DNA of 64,000 bases. Source: Mobula hypostoma (Eukaryota). The notes below the pieces were generated by a model. The model made no database searches, was not told the origin of the DNA, and was given only the letters and a program-made list of their open reading frames with translations. The position numbers were made by a program, and so were the translations under genes. Shown here one piece after another: positions 26,701 through 39,686 of this stretch (positions are counted from its first letter, which is position 1; each line of letters starts with the position of its first letter). The stretch covers positions 3,968,001 to 4,032,000 of the forward strand of contig NC_086104.1 in the NCBI RefSeq assembly GCF_963921235.1. The letters are read 5' to 3'.

Positions 26701-28342
26701 AATACATGTTAGTAGGGAAATGGTGTTAGGTAAATTGAAGGGATTAAAGGCAGATAAATCCCCAGGGCCAGATGATCTGCATCCCAGAGTGCTTAAGGAG
26801 GTAGCCCAAGAAATAGTGGATGCATTAGTGATAATTTTTCAAAACTCGTTAGATTCTGGACTAGTTCCTGAGGATTGGAGGGTGGCTAATGTAACCCCAT
26901 TTTTTAAAAAAGGAGGGAGAGAGAAACCGGGGAATTATAGACCGGTTAGCCTAACGTCGGTGGTGGGGAAACTGCTGGAGTCAGTTATCAAAGATGTGAT
27001 AACAGCACATTTGGAAAGCGGTGAAATCATCGGACAAAGTCAGCATGGATTTGTGAAAGGAAAATCATGTCTGACGAATCTCATAGGATTTTTTGATGAT
27101 GTAACTAGTAGAGTGGATAGGGGAGAACCAGTGGATGTGGTATATTTGGATTTTCAAAAGACTTTTGACAAAGTCCCACACAGGAGATTATTGTGCAAAC
27201 TTAAAGCACACGGTATTGGGGCTAAGGTATTGATGTGGACAGAGAATTGGTTAGCAGACAGGAAGCAAAGAGTGGGAATAAATGGGACCTTTTCAGAATG
27301 GCAGGCAGTGACTAGTGGGGTACCGCAAGGCTCAGTGCTGGGACCCCAGTTGTTTACAATATATATTAATGACTTGGATGATGGAATTAAATGCAGCATC
27401 TCCAAGTTTGCGGATGACACGAAGCTGGACGGCAGTGTTAGCTGTGAGGAGGATGCTAAGAGGATGCAGGGTGACTTGGATAGGTTGGGTGAGTGGGCAA
27501 ATTCATGGCAGATGCAATTTAATGTGGATAAATGTGAAATTATCCACTTTGGTGGCAAAAATAGGAAAACAGATTATTATCTGAATGGTGGCCGATTAGG
27601 AAAAGGGGAGGTGCAACGAGACCTGGGTGTCATTATACACCAGTCATTGAAAGTGGGTATGCAGGTACAGCAGGCAGTGAAAAAGGCGAATGGTATGCTG
27701 GCATTTATAGCAAGAGGATTCGAGTACAGGAGCAGGGAGGTACTACTGCAGTTGTACAAGGCGTTGGTGAGACCACACCTGGAGTATTGTGTGCAGTTTT
27801 GGTCCCCTAATCTGAGGAAAGACATCCTTGCCATAGAGGGAGTACAAAGAAGGTTCACCAGATTAATTCCTGGGATGGCAGGACTTTCATATGAAGAAAG
27901 ACTGGATGAACTGGGCTTGTACTCGTTGGAATTTAGAAGATTGAGGGGGGATCTGATTGAAACATATAAAATCCTAAAGGGATTGGACAGGCTAGATGCA
28001 GGAAGATTGTTCCCGATGTTGGGGAAGTCCAGAACAGGGAGTCACAGTTTGAGGATAAAGGGGAAGCCTTTTAGGACCGAGATTAGGAAAAACTTCTTCA
28101 CACAGAGAGTGGTGAATCTGTGGAATTCTCTGCCACAGGAAACAGCTGAGGCTAGTTCATTGGCTATATTTAAGAGGGAGTTAGATATGGCCCTTGTGGC
28201 TACGGGGATTGGGGGGTATGGAGTGAAGGCTAGGGCGGGGTTCTGAGTTGGATGATCAGCCATGATCATAATAAATGGCGGTGCAGGCTCGAAGGGCCGA
28301 ATGGCCTACTCCTGCACCTATTTTCTATGTTTCTATGTTTCT
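23734..28342 (+). mobile_element. Young CR1 (ORF2 = 23795-24507 joined to 26626-28246), split by an antisense copy of the same family
   Basis: ...NNYFGSV| at 24507 continues as |FTKEDINNLPEI at 26626. TCTT is duplicated at 24504-24507 and 26622-26625. Tail (TTTCTATG)n ends ~28342. Confidence 0.92.
24508..26621 (-). mobile_element. Young 5'-truncated CR1 with a 586-aa open ORF2, inserted antisense
   Basis: ORF 24604-26364 is nearly the same protein as ORF 26618-28246. Its tail agaaacatagaaacatag lies at 24508. Confidence 0.93.
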
Positions 28343-28564
28343 CTCTCTCTTTTCAAAAGGGCAGTTCATAGGGGTAATCGAGCACAGTTCATAGGGGTAA
28401 TTCAGGACCCCGTCACAAAAGGAGCAACAGTGCAGAATGAGGAGAATGATGGTCAAACATCAGAGTAACAGAGAGACTTCGGAGTCCTTGTACAAGACTC
28501 CCAAAAGGTTAATTTACAGGCTGTGTCTGTGTTAAAGAAGGCAAATGCAATGTTGGCATTTAAG

Positions 28565-29330
28565 TGTACGCAATGCAAGATGTCCCTGACCCTGGCATCT
28601 GGAAGGCAACATACCATCCATGGGTTCCTTTCGCGTACACAGAATCTCCTCTATCACTACTGCTCCCCTCTTCTCCCTCTTTCCTTTCTGCACCACAGAC
28701 TCATGCTCAGCACCAGTACCCTGTCTCTGTGGCATTTCCCTAGAAGGTCATTCCCCACAACAATATCCAAAGCAGTATTCTTATTTTTGAGGGGAATGGC
28801 CACAGGGGTGCTCTGTGCTAACTGCCTATTCACATTTCCATTTCTCCTGACAGTCACCCAGCTACTAGCTTCTTGCAATTTCGGGGGTGACTACTTCCCT
28901 GTAACGCTGATCGATTATATCCTCACTCTTCCATGGACGTCAAAGGTCATCCAGCTGCTGCTCCAGAGCCCTAGCACTTCACACAGATGTAGTTCCTTGG
29001 GATAATTCGGGTCTCCCAGGACTCCAACATCCAGCATGAAGAACTCACAACAGTCATTTACTACTCTACAGTAAGAGGGAAAAAGGAACCTTTAGGAAGC
29101 CAACACCTCTTCCTAGCTGAAACCTGACACTCCTATTCTCACCACTGGCCTGCTCCCAACAATGGAAGCTCTGTTTGTCCCTTCAGTACTTTTAAATTAG
29201 TGCTGCTGTTCTGCAAGAAACCTCATCGCTCTGGCCTGCTCCTGCCGCTGACTGGACTGTCAGAATGAACCTGAACACCCGCAAAACTCTCCTTTTAAAT
29301 AAGCTTCTCCGACAAGTGTCGTTTCCTCTG
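28565..29330 (-). mobile_element. CR1 5' UTR/ORF1 fragment
   Basis: The minus strand matches the ORF1 region seen at 4700-5000 (VAIPLKNKNTALDIVVGNDL...). Degenerate. Confidence 0.65.
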
Positions 29331-29984
29331 GAGACGGCCCAGAGGTGGTGTATGAGAATGATTCTGGGAGAGAGCGAAAACATCTTATGGCTCTGGGCCT
29401 GTACTGCCTGGAATTTAGAACATTTGAAAGAAACCTATCTAATGTTGAAAGGTCTTGATAGAATGGATGTGAATAGGATGCTACTTATGGCAGGAGAGTC
29501 TAACAGAGGGCACAGCCTCAGAATAAGGAGGAAAACAATTTAGAACAAAGATAAGGAGGAACTTCTTTAGCAAGAGGGTAGTGAAGTTGTAGAATTAATT
29601 TCCACAGAGTCATTTAGTACATTTAAAGCAGAAGTTGATAGTTTCTTGATTAGTCTGGGTGTTAAAGGTTATGATGAGAAAACAGGCGAATAGTGTTAAG
29701 ATGGATAATAAATCGTCCATGATGGAATGACACAGCAGATTTGATGGGATGAATGGCCTAAATCCTCTCCTATGTCTTAGCTTCATTGTCAATCCAGTTT
29801 TCCACCTAATTCTTAGATCTGTCACTTTCAAGTGAGGCTTATCCCTCAATTCCCTTTCTGTTTATGTGCCTATCTGAATGACTCCTCAATGTTGCCGTCA
29901 TATTTGCATCCATCAGTACTCATAGTAACACATTCCAAGCATCTACCACTGTCCATGTAAATATATGTTGCCTCATTCATCACA

Positions 29985-30875
29985 GGAAAGACACTGGCAT
30001 GGATAGAGGAACGGCTGACAGGCAGGAGGCAGTGAGTGGGGATAAAAGGGGCCTTTTCTGGTTGGCTGCCAGTGACTAGCGATGCTCCTCAGGGTTCAGT
30101 GTTGTGACCAGTACTTCTTATATTGTTTGTTAGTGATTTAGATAATGGAATTGATGGCTTTGTGGCAAAGTTTGCCAGTGATATGAAAGTAGGTGGAGGG
30201 GTAGGTTGCGCTGAAGAAGCGAAGCATTTGCTAATGGACTTAGACGAACTGGAAGAATGGACAAAAAACTGGGAAATGTGTGATAATTCATTTTGGTAAA
30301 AGGAACAATAGTGCAAACTATTATCGAAATGGGGAGAAGGTTGGAACATTCGAGATGCAAAGGGACTTAGGAATCCTTGCGCAAGACTCCCAGAAGGTTA
30401 TTTTACAGGTTGAGTCTGTGGTAAAGAAGGTTAATGTAATATTGGCATTTATTTCAAGGGGAATAGAATACAAAAGAAAGGAGATAATACTGAGGATATT
30501 CATGGGGATGAATCTGGGAATGAAGGGGTTAACATATGAGGAGCACTTTCCAGTACTCACTGGAATTTAGAAGAATGCTGGGGGTAGGAAGAGTGGGATC
30601 TCATTGAAACCTACCAAATGTTGAAAGGACTAGATAGGGTGGATGTGGAAAGAATGCTTCCGATGGTGGGGATATCTAGAACTAAAGGGCAAAGTCTCAA
30701 AACAGAGGTAAGGAGGAATTTTTTTAGCCAGAGAGTAGTGAATCTGTGGAATGCTCTGCCACAGACTGAGGTGGAGGCCAAGTCTGTGGGTATATTTAAT
30801 GTGGAAGTTAATTGTTTCCTGGTCAGTCAGGACATCAAAGGATATGGCAAAAAGGCAGGTGTATGGGGTTGTGTG
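29985..30875 (+). mobile_element. Degenerate CR1 RT/3' fragment
   Basis: HFGKRNNSANYY...DLGILAQDSQKV and LKGLDRVDVERMLPMVG...QRVVNLWNALP. Confidence 0.8.
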
Positions 30876-31144
30876 GCATAATTTTGCTCTTGTGTCTTAT
30901 GGTCTAGTTTCTGTCTACTCTATCTATGCCTCAAATATTCTTATAAACCTCGATCAGATCTCCCCTCAGCTTCCAGTACTCCACAGCAAACAACTTGTTT
31001 ATACAGTCTCTTGTGACAGCAAATGGCAAGCACCATCCTGGAAACGGCTTCTGTACCCTCACCAAATCCTCAACATCTTTCCATAGCGAGGCGACCAGAA
31101 CTGTATGCAATTCTCCAAATGTGCCTAACCAGAGTTGGCATCTA

Positions 31145-31490
31145 CTGGGTACGTACTGTCTCACCAGCAGGACAGGCCTAGCAGCGGTGGTGGCACAATG
31201 GAGTACAGTAGAGAGGAAGTTGCCCTGGCAACTCTCAACATTGACTCTGGACCCCATGAAGTCTCATAACACCAGGTTAAACATGGGCAAGGGAACCTCC
31301 TGCTGATTACCATGTACGATCCGCTGATGAATCAGTACTTCTCCATATTGAGCCTCACTTGGAGGAGGCATTGAGGATGGCAAGGGCACAGAATGTGCTC
31401 TGGGTGGGGGACGTCACTGAGAGTGGCTCGGTAATATCACCACAGGCCGAGCTGGTCGGGTCCTACTGGATATCGCTTCTAGATTGGACA
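31145..31490 (+). mobile_element. APE endonuclease fragment of a different (non-dominant) LINE family
   Basis: Piecewise translation gives ...QVKHGQGNLLLITMY.. and ADESVLLHIEPHLEEALRMARAQNVLWVGD, which is APE-like (Y..P and lwvGD motifs). Confidence 0.55.
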
Positions 31491-31499
31491 AACCAGGCC

Positions 31500-34400
31500 A
31501 TCACTGGACCTCAGAGAGAGAATTTGTAGAATGTCTAAGGAATGGAATCCTTAGGGAACAATATGATCAAGGTCACATAGAAATTGGAGAAGGAGAAACT
31601 AAATTTCGATGTGTCAGTATTTCAGTGGAATAAAGGAAATTGCAATAGCATGAGAGGGAAAATAGCCAAAGTTGACTGGAAAGGGACACATGCAGAAAGG
31701 ACAGCAGAGCAACAATGGCTGGAGTTTTTTTCCCAAAAATGAGGGTAGTGCAAAACAGATATATTCCAAATAAGAGGAAATTTTCAAATGTAAGAAGGAC
31801 ACTACCATGGCTGACAAGCGAAGTCAGAGCCAAAGTAAAATCAAAAGAGAGGGCCTACAAGGAAGCCAAAGCTAGTGGGAAGATGGAGAATTGAGAAATT
31901 TATAAAAACTTGCGGAAGGAAACTAAGAATGTCATTAGGAAGAAAAAGATGAACTATGAAAGGAAGCTGGCGGCTAATATTAAAGAAGATACTGAAAGCT
32001 TTTTTAGGTATATAAAGGGTAAAAGAGAGTTGAGGGTAGATATAGGACCAATAGTAAATGAAGCTGGAGATATTGTAATGAGAGACACAGAGGTGGCAGA
32101 AAAATTGAATGCATATTTTGCATCAGGCTTCACAGTGGAAGACATCTGCAGTATACCAGACATTCAAGAGTGTCAGGGAAGTGAAGTTTGTGCAGTGAAA
32201 ATTACGACTGAGAAGGTGCTCAGGAAGCTTAATGGTCTGAGGATGGGTAAATCTCCTGGACCTGATGGAATGCACACTTGCGTTCTGAAGGAAGTAGCTG
32301 GAGTGATTACGAAGGCATTAACAATGATCTTTCAAGAATCAGTAGATTCTGGCATTGCACCTCACTATAGGAAGGATGTGGAATCATTGGGAAGGGTACA
32401 GAGGAGATTTACCAGGATGCTGCCTGGTTTAGAAAGTATGCATTATGATCAGAGATTAAGGGAACTAGGGCTTTACTCTTTGGAGAGAAGGAGGATGAGA
32501 GGAGACATGATGAAGGTGTACAAGATAATAAGAGGAATAGATGGAGTAGATAGGCAGCGGCTCTTCCCCAGGGCACCACTGCTCAATACAAGAGGACATG
32601 GCTTTAAGGTAAGGGGTGGGAAGTTCAAGGGGGATATTAGAGGAAGGTTTTTTACTCAGAGAGTGGTTGGTGCATGGAATGCACTGCCTGAGTCAATGGT
32701 GGAGGCAGATACACTAGTGAAATTTAAGAGATTACTAGACAGGTATATGGAGGAATTTAAGGTGGGGACTTATATGGGAGGCAGGGTTTGAGGGTTGGTA
32801 CAACATTGTGGGCCGAAGGGCCTGAACTGTGCTGTACTATTCTATGTTCTATGTAAAGGATGACTGGAAAATTGCAAATGTTACTCCGCTATTTAAGAAG
32901 GATGGGAGGCAGTAGAAAGGAAACTATAGACCTGTTAGCCTGACATCAGTAGTTGGGAATTTGTTGGAATCGACTGTTAGGGATGAGATTACGGGGCACC
33001 TGGAGGCACATGACAAGATACGCCAAAGCCAGCATGATTTCCTGAAAGGACAATCCTGCCTAATTAACCTACTGCAATTTTTTGAGGAAATTACAAGCAG
33101 GGTAGGCAAAGGGGATGCAGTGGATGTGGTGTACTTGGATTTTCAGAAGGCCTTTGACAAGGTGTTGCACATGAGGCTGCTTAGCGAGATAAAAGCCCAT
33201 GGAATTTCAGGGAAGTTAGTACCATATGAGGGGTGATTGATAAGTTTGGGGCCTATGGTAGAAGGAGTCAATTTTAGAAAACCTAGCACTTTTGTTTTTC
33301 AACATAGTCCCCTCCTACATGTACACACTTAGTCCAGTGGTCGTGGAGCATACGGATCTCTTCTTTGTAGAAGTCAGCATCTTGGACCTCCAGAAAGTGG
33401 TCTACAGTAGGGGTGATTGATAGGTTCGGGCCTAAGGTAGAAGGAGATGAGTTATTAACTTCAAACTTTCTGCATAATCACTGAAAGAATTGAACTGCAG
33501 GTGCTTGTAACAAGAGTTGTATAACTCATCTCCTTCTACCTTAGGCCACGAACTTATCAATCACCCCTGCTGTGGACCACGTTCTGCAGGTCCAATATGC
33601 CGTCTTCTACAAAGAAGGGATCCATATGCTCCACGACCGCTGGACTAGGTGCGTAAATGTAGGAGGGGACTATGTTGGAAAATAAATGTCCTAGGTTTTC
33701 TAAAATTAACTCCTTCTACCTTAGGCCACGAACTTATTAATCACCGCTCATATGTGGAGCATTGGCTGATCGGCAGAAAGCAGAAAGTGGGAATAAAGGG
33801 ATTCTATTCTGGCCGGTTGTCAGTTACCAGTGGAGTTCCACAGGGGTCGGTGTTGGGACAGCTGCTTTTTACGATGTATGTCAATGATTTGGGCTATGGA
33901 ATTAATGGATTTGTGGCTAAATTTGCTGATGATACAAAGATAGGTGGAGGAGCAGGTAGTGTTGAGGAAAGAGAGAGCCTGCAGAGAGACTTATGTAGTT
34001 TAGGGGAATGGGTAAAGAAATGGCAAATGGAATACAATGTTGGAAAGTGTATGGTCGTGCACTTTTGTGGAAGAAATAAATGGGCAGACTATTATTTAGA
34101 TGGAGAGAGAATTCAAAATGCAGAGATACGAAAGGACTTGGGAGTCCTTGTGCAAGATACCCTAAAGGTTAACCACCAGGTTGAGTCAGTTGTGAAGAAG
34201 GCGAATGCAATGTTGGCATTCATTTCTAGAGGTATAGAATATAAGAACAGGGATGTGATGTTGAGGCTCTATAAGGCACACGTGAGACCACACTTTGAGT
34301 ATTGTGTATAGTTTTGGGCTCCTTATTTTAGAAAAGATATACTGGCATTAGAGAAGGTTCAGACAAGATTCACAAGGATGATTCCAGGAATGAGAGGGTT

Positions 34401-34860
34401 AATGCATGAGGAACGTCTGGCAGCTCTTGGGCTGTATTCCCTAGAGTTCAGGAGAATGAGGGGGGATCTCATAGAAGCATTCCGAATGTTAAAAGACTTG
34501 CACAAATTAGATATGGTAAAATTATATCCCATGGTAGGGGAGTTTAGGACAAAAGGGCACAACTTCAGGATTGAAGGACGTCCATTTAGAACAGAGATGT
34601 GTAGAAATTACTTTAGTCAGAGGGTGGTAAACATGTGAAATTTGTTGCCATGAGCGGCTGTGGAGGCCAAGTCATTGAGTGTGTTTAAAGCAGAGATAGA
34701 TAGGTTCTTGATTAGCCAGGGCATCAAATCATATGGGGAGAAGGCATGGGAGTGGGGATGACTGGAAGAATTGGATCAGCCCATTATTGAATGGCAGAGC
34801 AGACTCTATGGACTGAATGGCCTACTTCTGCTCCTGTATCTTATGGTCTTATGGTCTTAT
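31500..34860 (+). mobile_element. CR1 (tail (ATGGTCTT)n) interrupted by a CR1 3' fragment (32358-32853) and a mariner MITE (33225-33752)
   Basis: The host RT reads through both inserts (ggcattg|...|taaaggatgactgg and gtacca|TA..TA|tgtggagc). ORFs 31910-32791, 32961-33236, 33649-34311 and 34378-34638. Confidence 0.87.
33225..33752. mobile_element. Tc1/mariner-derived foldback MITE
   Basis: TIR tatgaggggtgattgataagtt at the left end, and its reverse complement with 2 mismatches (aacttattaatcaccgctcata) at the right end; TA at both ends. 33605-33685 encodes FYKEGIHMLHDRWTRCVNVGGDYVGK*, the mariner transposase C-terminus. Confidence 0.88.
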
Positions 34861-35298
34861 AGGACTGGAATACAAAAAGAAAGAATGTAATGCTGAGACT
34901 TTATTGGACATTGACCATACTGCACTTGGAATATTGTGAGCAGATTTGGGCCCCTTGTTTAATAAAGAATGTGTTGGCATTGGAGAGTGTCCAGATAGTT
35001 GTAAGGATAATCAGTACAAAAAGCGATGAATCCAGCACAACAATAAGGATGCTTAATTTCATGTTCTTGATATTTATTGCTTATTTATTTATTAGTATTA
35101 TTTTGATTTTTTTTGTATTTGCATTGTTTGTTGTCTATTGCGCATTGATTGTTTGTCCTGTTGGGTGTGGTTTTTCATTGATTCTGTTATGTGTCTTAGA
35201 TTCACTAAGTATGCCTGCAAGAACACAGATCTCTTGGTTGTGTAACACTCTAGTTAAACTTTTACTGCCAAAGTTGCAGGGCATTTCATTTAATGGTT

Positions 35299-35895
35299 TT
35301 CTGTAGAAGCACTGTGTTTGGGTTGTTGTTAAAGATAAGGGGTTGTGATGTTCACCTTAGGAATGTGGTGTCATCCAATCAGGGTAGTGGAATTGGGAGA
35401 AGGTTCTGGAGAACACTGGGTGGAGAAGTTTTTGTGATGTACACTGGGGTGAGCCAAGGTCTTTTTCGGCAGTAGGTGGAGAGAGAAGAATCTCAACAGA
35501 ACTGGCCATAGGATTCGTTTCAACAGGAATGAGCGATACGATGGAGTCCAAGAGAGGAAATTCTACTGATGATCGGTGAATAGGGGTTGACACCGTGAGT
35601 ACACTAGACACATCAGCTTTTAGAAGAGTTGAGCTCCAACCTTGTGCAGATTTCACTGTTTGAATTATAATGGGCCCTTCTTGTGTTTTTCCTTTTTTCT
35701 TTCTTCTTTAGTAGTGGTTTGGTTAAATTAACACTCATAAATATACTTTCTCTATAATTGTATGCGGTATACCATCTGTTATTTCTTGACAACAGCACAT
35801 TGCATGGGGCAGTAGTCACACGGAATTCACACAGATCAGGGTTCGTGTGGGGGAGACATCCCAACTTCCCAGTTTTGGTGGGACCCATAGACATA
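35299..35895 (+). mobile_element. Possible solo LTR
   Basis: A ~600 bp block unlike the neighbouring LINE debris. It starts TGTAG, contains CCAAT and an AT-rich TATA-like tract, and ends near ...CA. No TSD or second copy confirmed. Confidence 0.3.
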
Positions 35896-36706
35896 CAGAG
35901 TCTGTGAAAGGTGTTTTTCTCATTACTCAGTCCAGTGGCTGTTAGTGAGATGTATAAGGTTATAACATGCATAGACAGAATAGACAGCTTTTCTCAGGGC
36001 AGCAATAGTTAATAGGGGAAAACATGCTCTGAAGGTGGGTGTAGGAATGTAAGGGGAGATACGTATCAGAGGTACCTCTTTCCCACACAGAAAGTGCCTG
36101 GACTGTGCTCCCAGGGGTGGTGGTAGAGGCTAATACATTGGGGACATTTTAGAAACAGATACGTTAGATAAACTCGTGGATGAAAGGAAAATGAAACTTT
36201 AAGGTCTGTGTTTGACGGAAGGGTTTCATTGATCTTGGAGTAGATTAAAAGGTCAGCACTACACTTTGGGAGTTATGCATTATATTCCGCGAGGCCTCCG
36301 TCTGTCAGGGTCGACCATGGATGTAGCGTCCGAGCTTTGTAGACACATGAGCCTGGACAGTACGATATGGAGAGCAAGCTGTTGACCTTGTAACAAGCCT
36401 CTCCACTCCAAGCATCTGATAAACGCAAAGGAACGGCAGAGACTAATACAGTTTGACACCAGCAGCATCGCAGGAATTACCAGTCAGCGTTGAACTCAAT
36501 GTAGGACTGCCTTAGGGACTCCAGTTCTGGATTCTCTGTACCTCAGTGCATTGTGTAATGAATTGATCTGTATGAGCAGTATGCAAGACAAGATTTTCAG
36601 TGTACCTTAATACTTGTGACAATAATAAACCATAAAAAAAACTTTTTCACCCAGAGAGTTGCGGATCTGTGGAATGCTCCGCCTCAAAAGGCATCAGAGG
36701 CCAATT

Positions 36707-39686
36707 AATAGATAATAATAGACAATGGACAATGGGTGCAGGAGTAGGCCATTCAGCCCTTCGAGCCAGCACCACCATTCACTGTGATCATGGCTGATCA
36801 TTCACAATCAGTACCACGTTCCTGCCTTCTCCCCATATCCCTTCGCTCTGTTATCTTTAAGAGCTCTATCTAACTCTTTCTTGAAAGCATCCAGAGAATT
36901 GGCCTCCACTGCCTTCTGAGGCAGAGCGTTCCACAGATCCACAACCCTCTGTGTGAAAAAGTTTTTCCTCAACTCCGTTCTAAATGGTCTACCCCTTATT
37001 CTTAAACTGTGGCCTCTGGTTCTGGACTTCCCCCAACATCGGGAACATGTTTCCTGCCTCTAGTGTGTCCAATCCCTTAATAATCTTATATGTTTCAATC
37101 AGATCCCCTCTCATCCTTCTAAATTCCAGAGTATACAACCCCAGTCACTCCAATCTTTCAACATATGACAGTCCCGCCAAACCAGGAACTAACCTTGTGA
37201 ACCTACGCTGCACTCCCTCAATAGTTAGAATGCCCTTCCTGAAATTTGGAGACCAAAACTGTATACACAATACTCCAGGAGTGGTCTCACCAGGGCCCCG
37301 TACCACTGCAGAAGGACCTCTTTGCTCCTATACTCAACTCCCCTTGTTATGAAGGCCAACATGCCATTAGCCTTCTTCACCGCCTGCTGTACCTGTATGT
37401 TTACTTTCAATGACTGATGAACAAGGACACCTAGATCTCGTTGTACTTCCCCTTCTTCTAACTTGACACCATTCAGATAGTAATCTGCCTTCCTGTTTTT
37501 GCCACCAAAGTGGATAACCTCACATTTATCCACATTAAACTGCATCTGCCCACTCACCCAACCTGTCCAAGTCACCCTGCATTTTCATAACATCCTCCTC
37601 ACAATTCACACTGCCACCCAGCTTTGTGTCATCGGCAAATTTGCTAATGTTACTTTTAATCCCTTCATCTAAATCATTAATGTATATTGTAAATAGCTGC
37701 GGTCCCATCACCAAGCCTTGTGGTACCCCACTAGTCACTGCCTGCCATTCTGAAAAGGACCCATTAATCCCTACTCTTTGTTTCCTGTCTGCCAACCAAT
37801 TTTCTATCCATGGCAGTACCCTACCCCCAATAGCATTTGCTCTAATTTTGCCCACTAACCTCCTATGTGGGACCTTATCAAAGGCTTTCTGAAAGTCCAG
37901 GTACACTACATCCACTGGCTTTCCCATGTCCATTTTCATATTTACATTCTCAAAAAATTCCAGAAGAATAGTCAAGCATGATTTCCCCTTCGTAAATCCA
38001 TGCTGACTCGGACCTATCCTGCTACTGCTATCCAAATATGCCACTATTTCATCTTTTATAATTGACTCCAGCATCGTCTCCACCACTGATGTCAGACTAA
38101 CTGGTCTATAATTGCCTGTTTTCTCTCTCCCTCCTTTCTTAAAAAGTGGGATAACATCAGCTACCCTCCAATCCACAGGAACTGATCCTGAATCTATAGA
38201 ACATTGGAAAATTTTTACCAATGTGTCCACAATTTCTAGAGCCACCTCCTTTAGTACCCCGGGATGCAGACCATCAAGCCCTGGGGATTTATCAGCCTTC
38301 AGTCCCATCAGTCTACCCAACACCATTTTCTGCCTAATGCAAATTTCCTTCAGTTCCTCCGTTACCCTAGGTCCTCTGGCCACTATTACATCTGGGAGAT
38401 TGTTTGTGTCTTCCCTACTGAAGACAGATCCACAGTACCCGTTCAGTTCGTCTTGTTCCCCATAATAATTTCACCTGTTTCTGTCTTCAAGGGCCCAACT
38501 TTGGTCTTAACTAATTTTTTCCTCTTCACATACCTTAAGAAGCTTTTACTATCCTCCTTCATATTCTTGGCTAGCTTACCTTCGTACCTCATCTTTTCCC
38601 CCTGTATTGCCTTTTTAGTTATCTTCTGTTGCTCCTTAAAAGTCTCCCAATCCTCTGGGTTCCCGCTCATCCTTGCTATGTTATACTTCCTCTCTTTTAT
38701 TTTTGTACTCTTCTTGACTTCCCTTGCCCCTTACTCCCCTTAGAATCTTTCTTTCTCTTTGGAATGAACTGTTCCTGCACCTTCTGTATTATTCCCAGAA
38801 ATACCCGCCATTGTTGTTCCACTGTCATCCCTGCTAGGGTATCTTTCCAGTCAACTTTGGCCAGCTCCTCCCTCATGGCTCCATAGTCTCCTTTGTTCAA
38901 TTGCAATACCGACATTTCCAATTTTCCCTTCTACCTCTCAAATTGTAGATTAAAACTTATCATATTATGGTCACTACCTGCTAATGGCTCCTTTACCTCG
39001 AGTTCCCTTATCAAATCTGGTTCATTACACAACACTAAATCCAGAATTGCCTTCTCCCTGGTAGGTTCCAGTACAAGCTGCTCTAAGAATCCATCTCGGA
39101 GGCACTCCACAAACTCCCTTTCTTGAGGTCCAGTACCAGCCTGATTTTCCCAGTCTACCTGCATGTTGAACTCCCCCATAACAACGGTAGAATTACCTTT
39201 GCGACATGCCAATTTTAACTCTTGATTCAACTTACACCCTATATCCAGGCTACTGTTTGGGGGCCTGTAGATAACTCCCATTAGGGTCTTTTTGCCCTTA
39301 CAGTTTCTCAGTTCTATCCATACTGACTCTACATCTCCTGATTCTATGTCCCCCCTCGCAAGTGACTGAATTTCATTCCTCACCAACAGAGCCACCCCAT
39401 CCCCTCTGCCAACCTGTCTGTCCTTTCGATAGGATCTATACCCCTGAATATTCATTTGCCAGCCCTGGTCCTCTTGCAGCCATGTCTCTGTTATTCCCAC
39501 AACTTCATACTTGCCAATTTCCAACTGAGTCTCAAGCTCATCCACTTTATTTCTTATACTCTGTGCATTCATATATAATACTTTTAATCCTTTTAAAGTA
39601 ATACTTTTACTCCCCTCACCTATCACATTGATTCCGATTGCACTTGGCCATACTCTCCAATCCCTTCTTGAGCTTTCTGTCCCTTT
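36707..39686 (-). mobile_element. CR1 (APE+RT, tail (TATTGTC)n) inserted antisense into a 3' fragment of the same family
   Basis: ORFs 38931-39626 (APE: YMNAQSIRNKVDEL...YRPPNS) and 37535-38383 (RT). The host gaggccAATT (36703-36706) resumes AATTctctggatgc (39687-39690) and ends in tattgtctattgtcta at ~39870. Confidence 0.88.

Noticed and set aside
25010-27858. Multiple 75-135 aa ORFs antisense to CR1 RT
   Set aside because: These are recurring antisense shadows of CR1 ORF2, seen at every copy.
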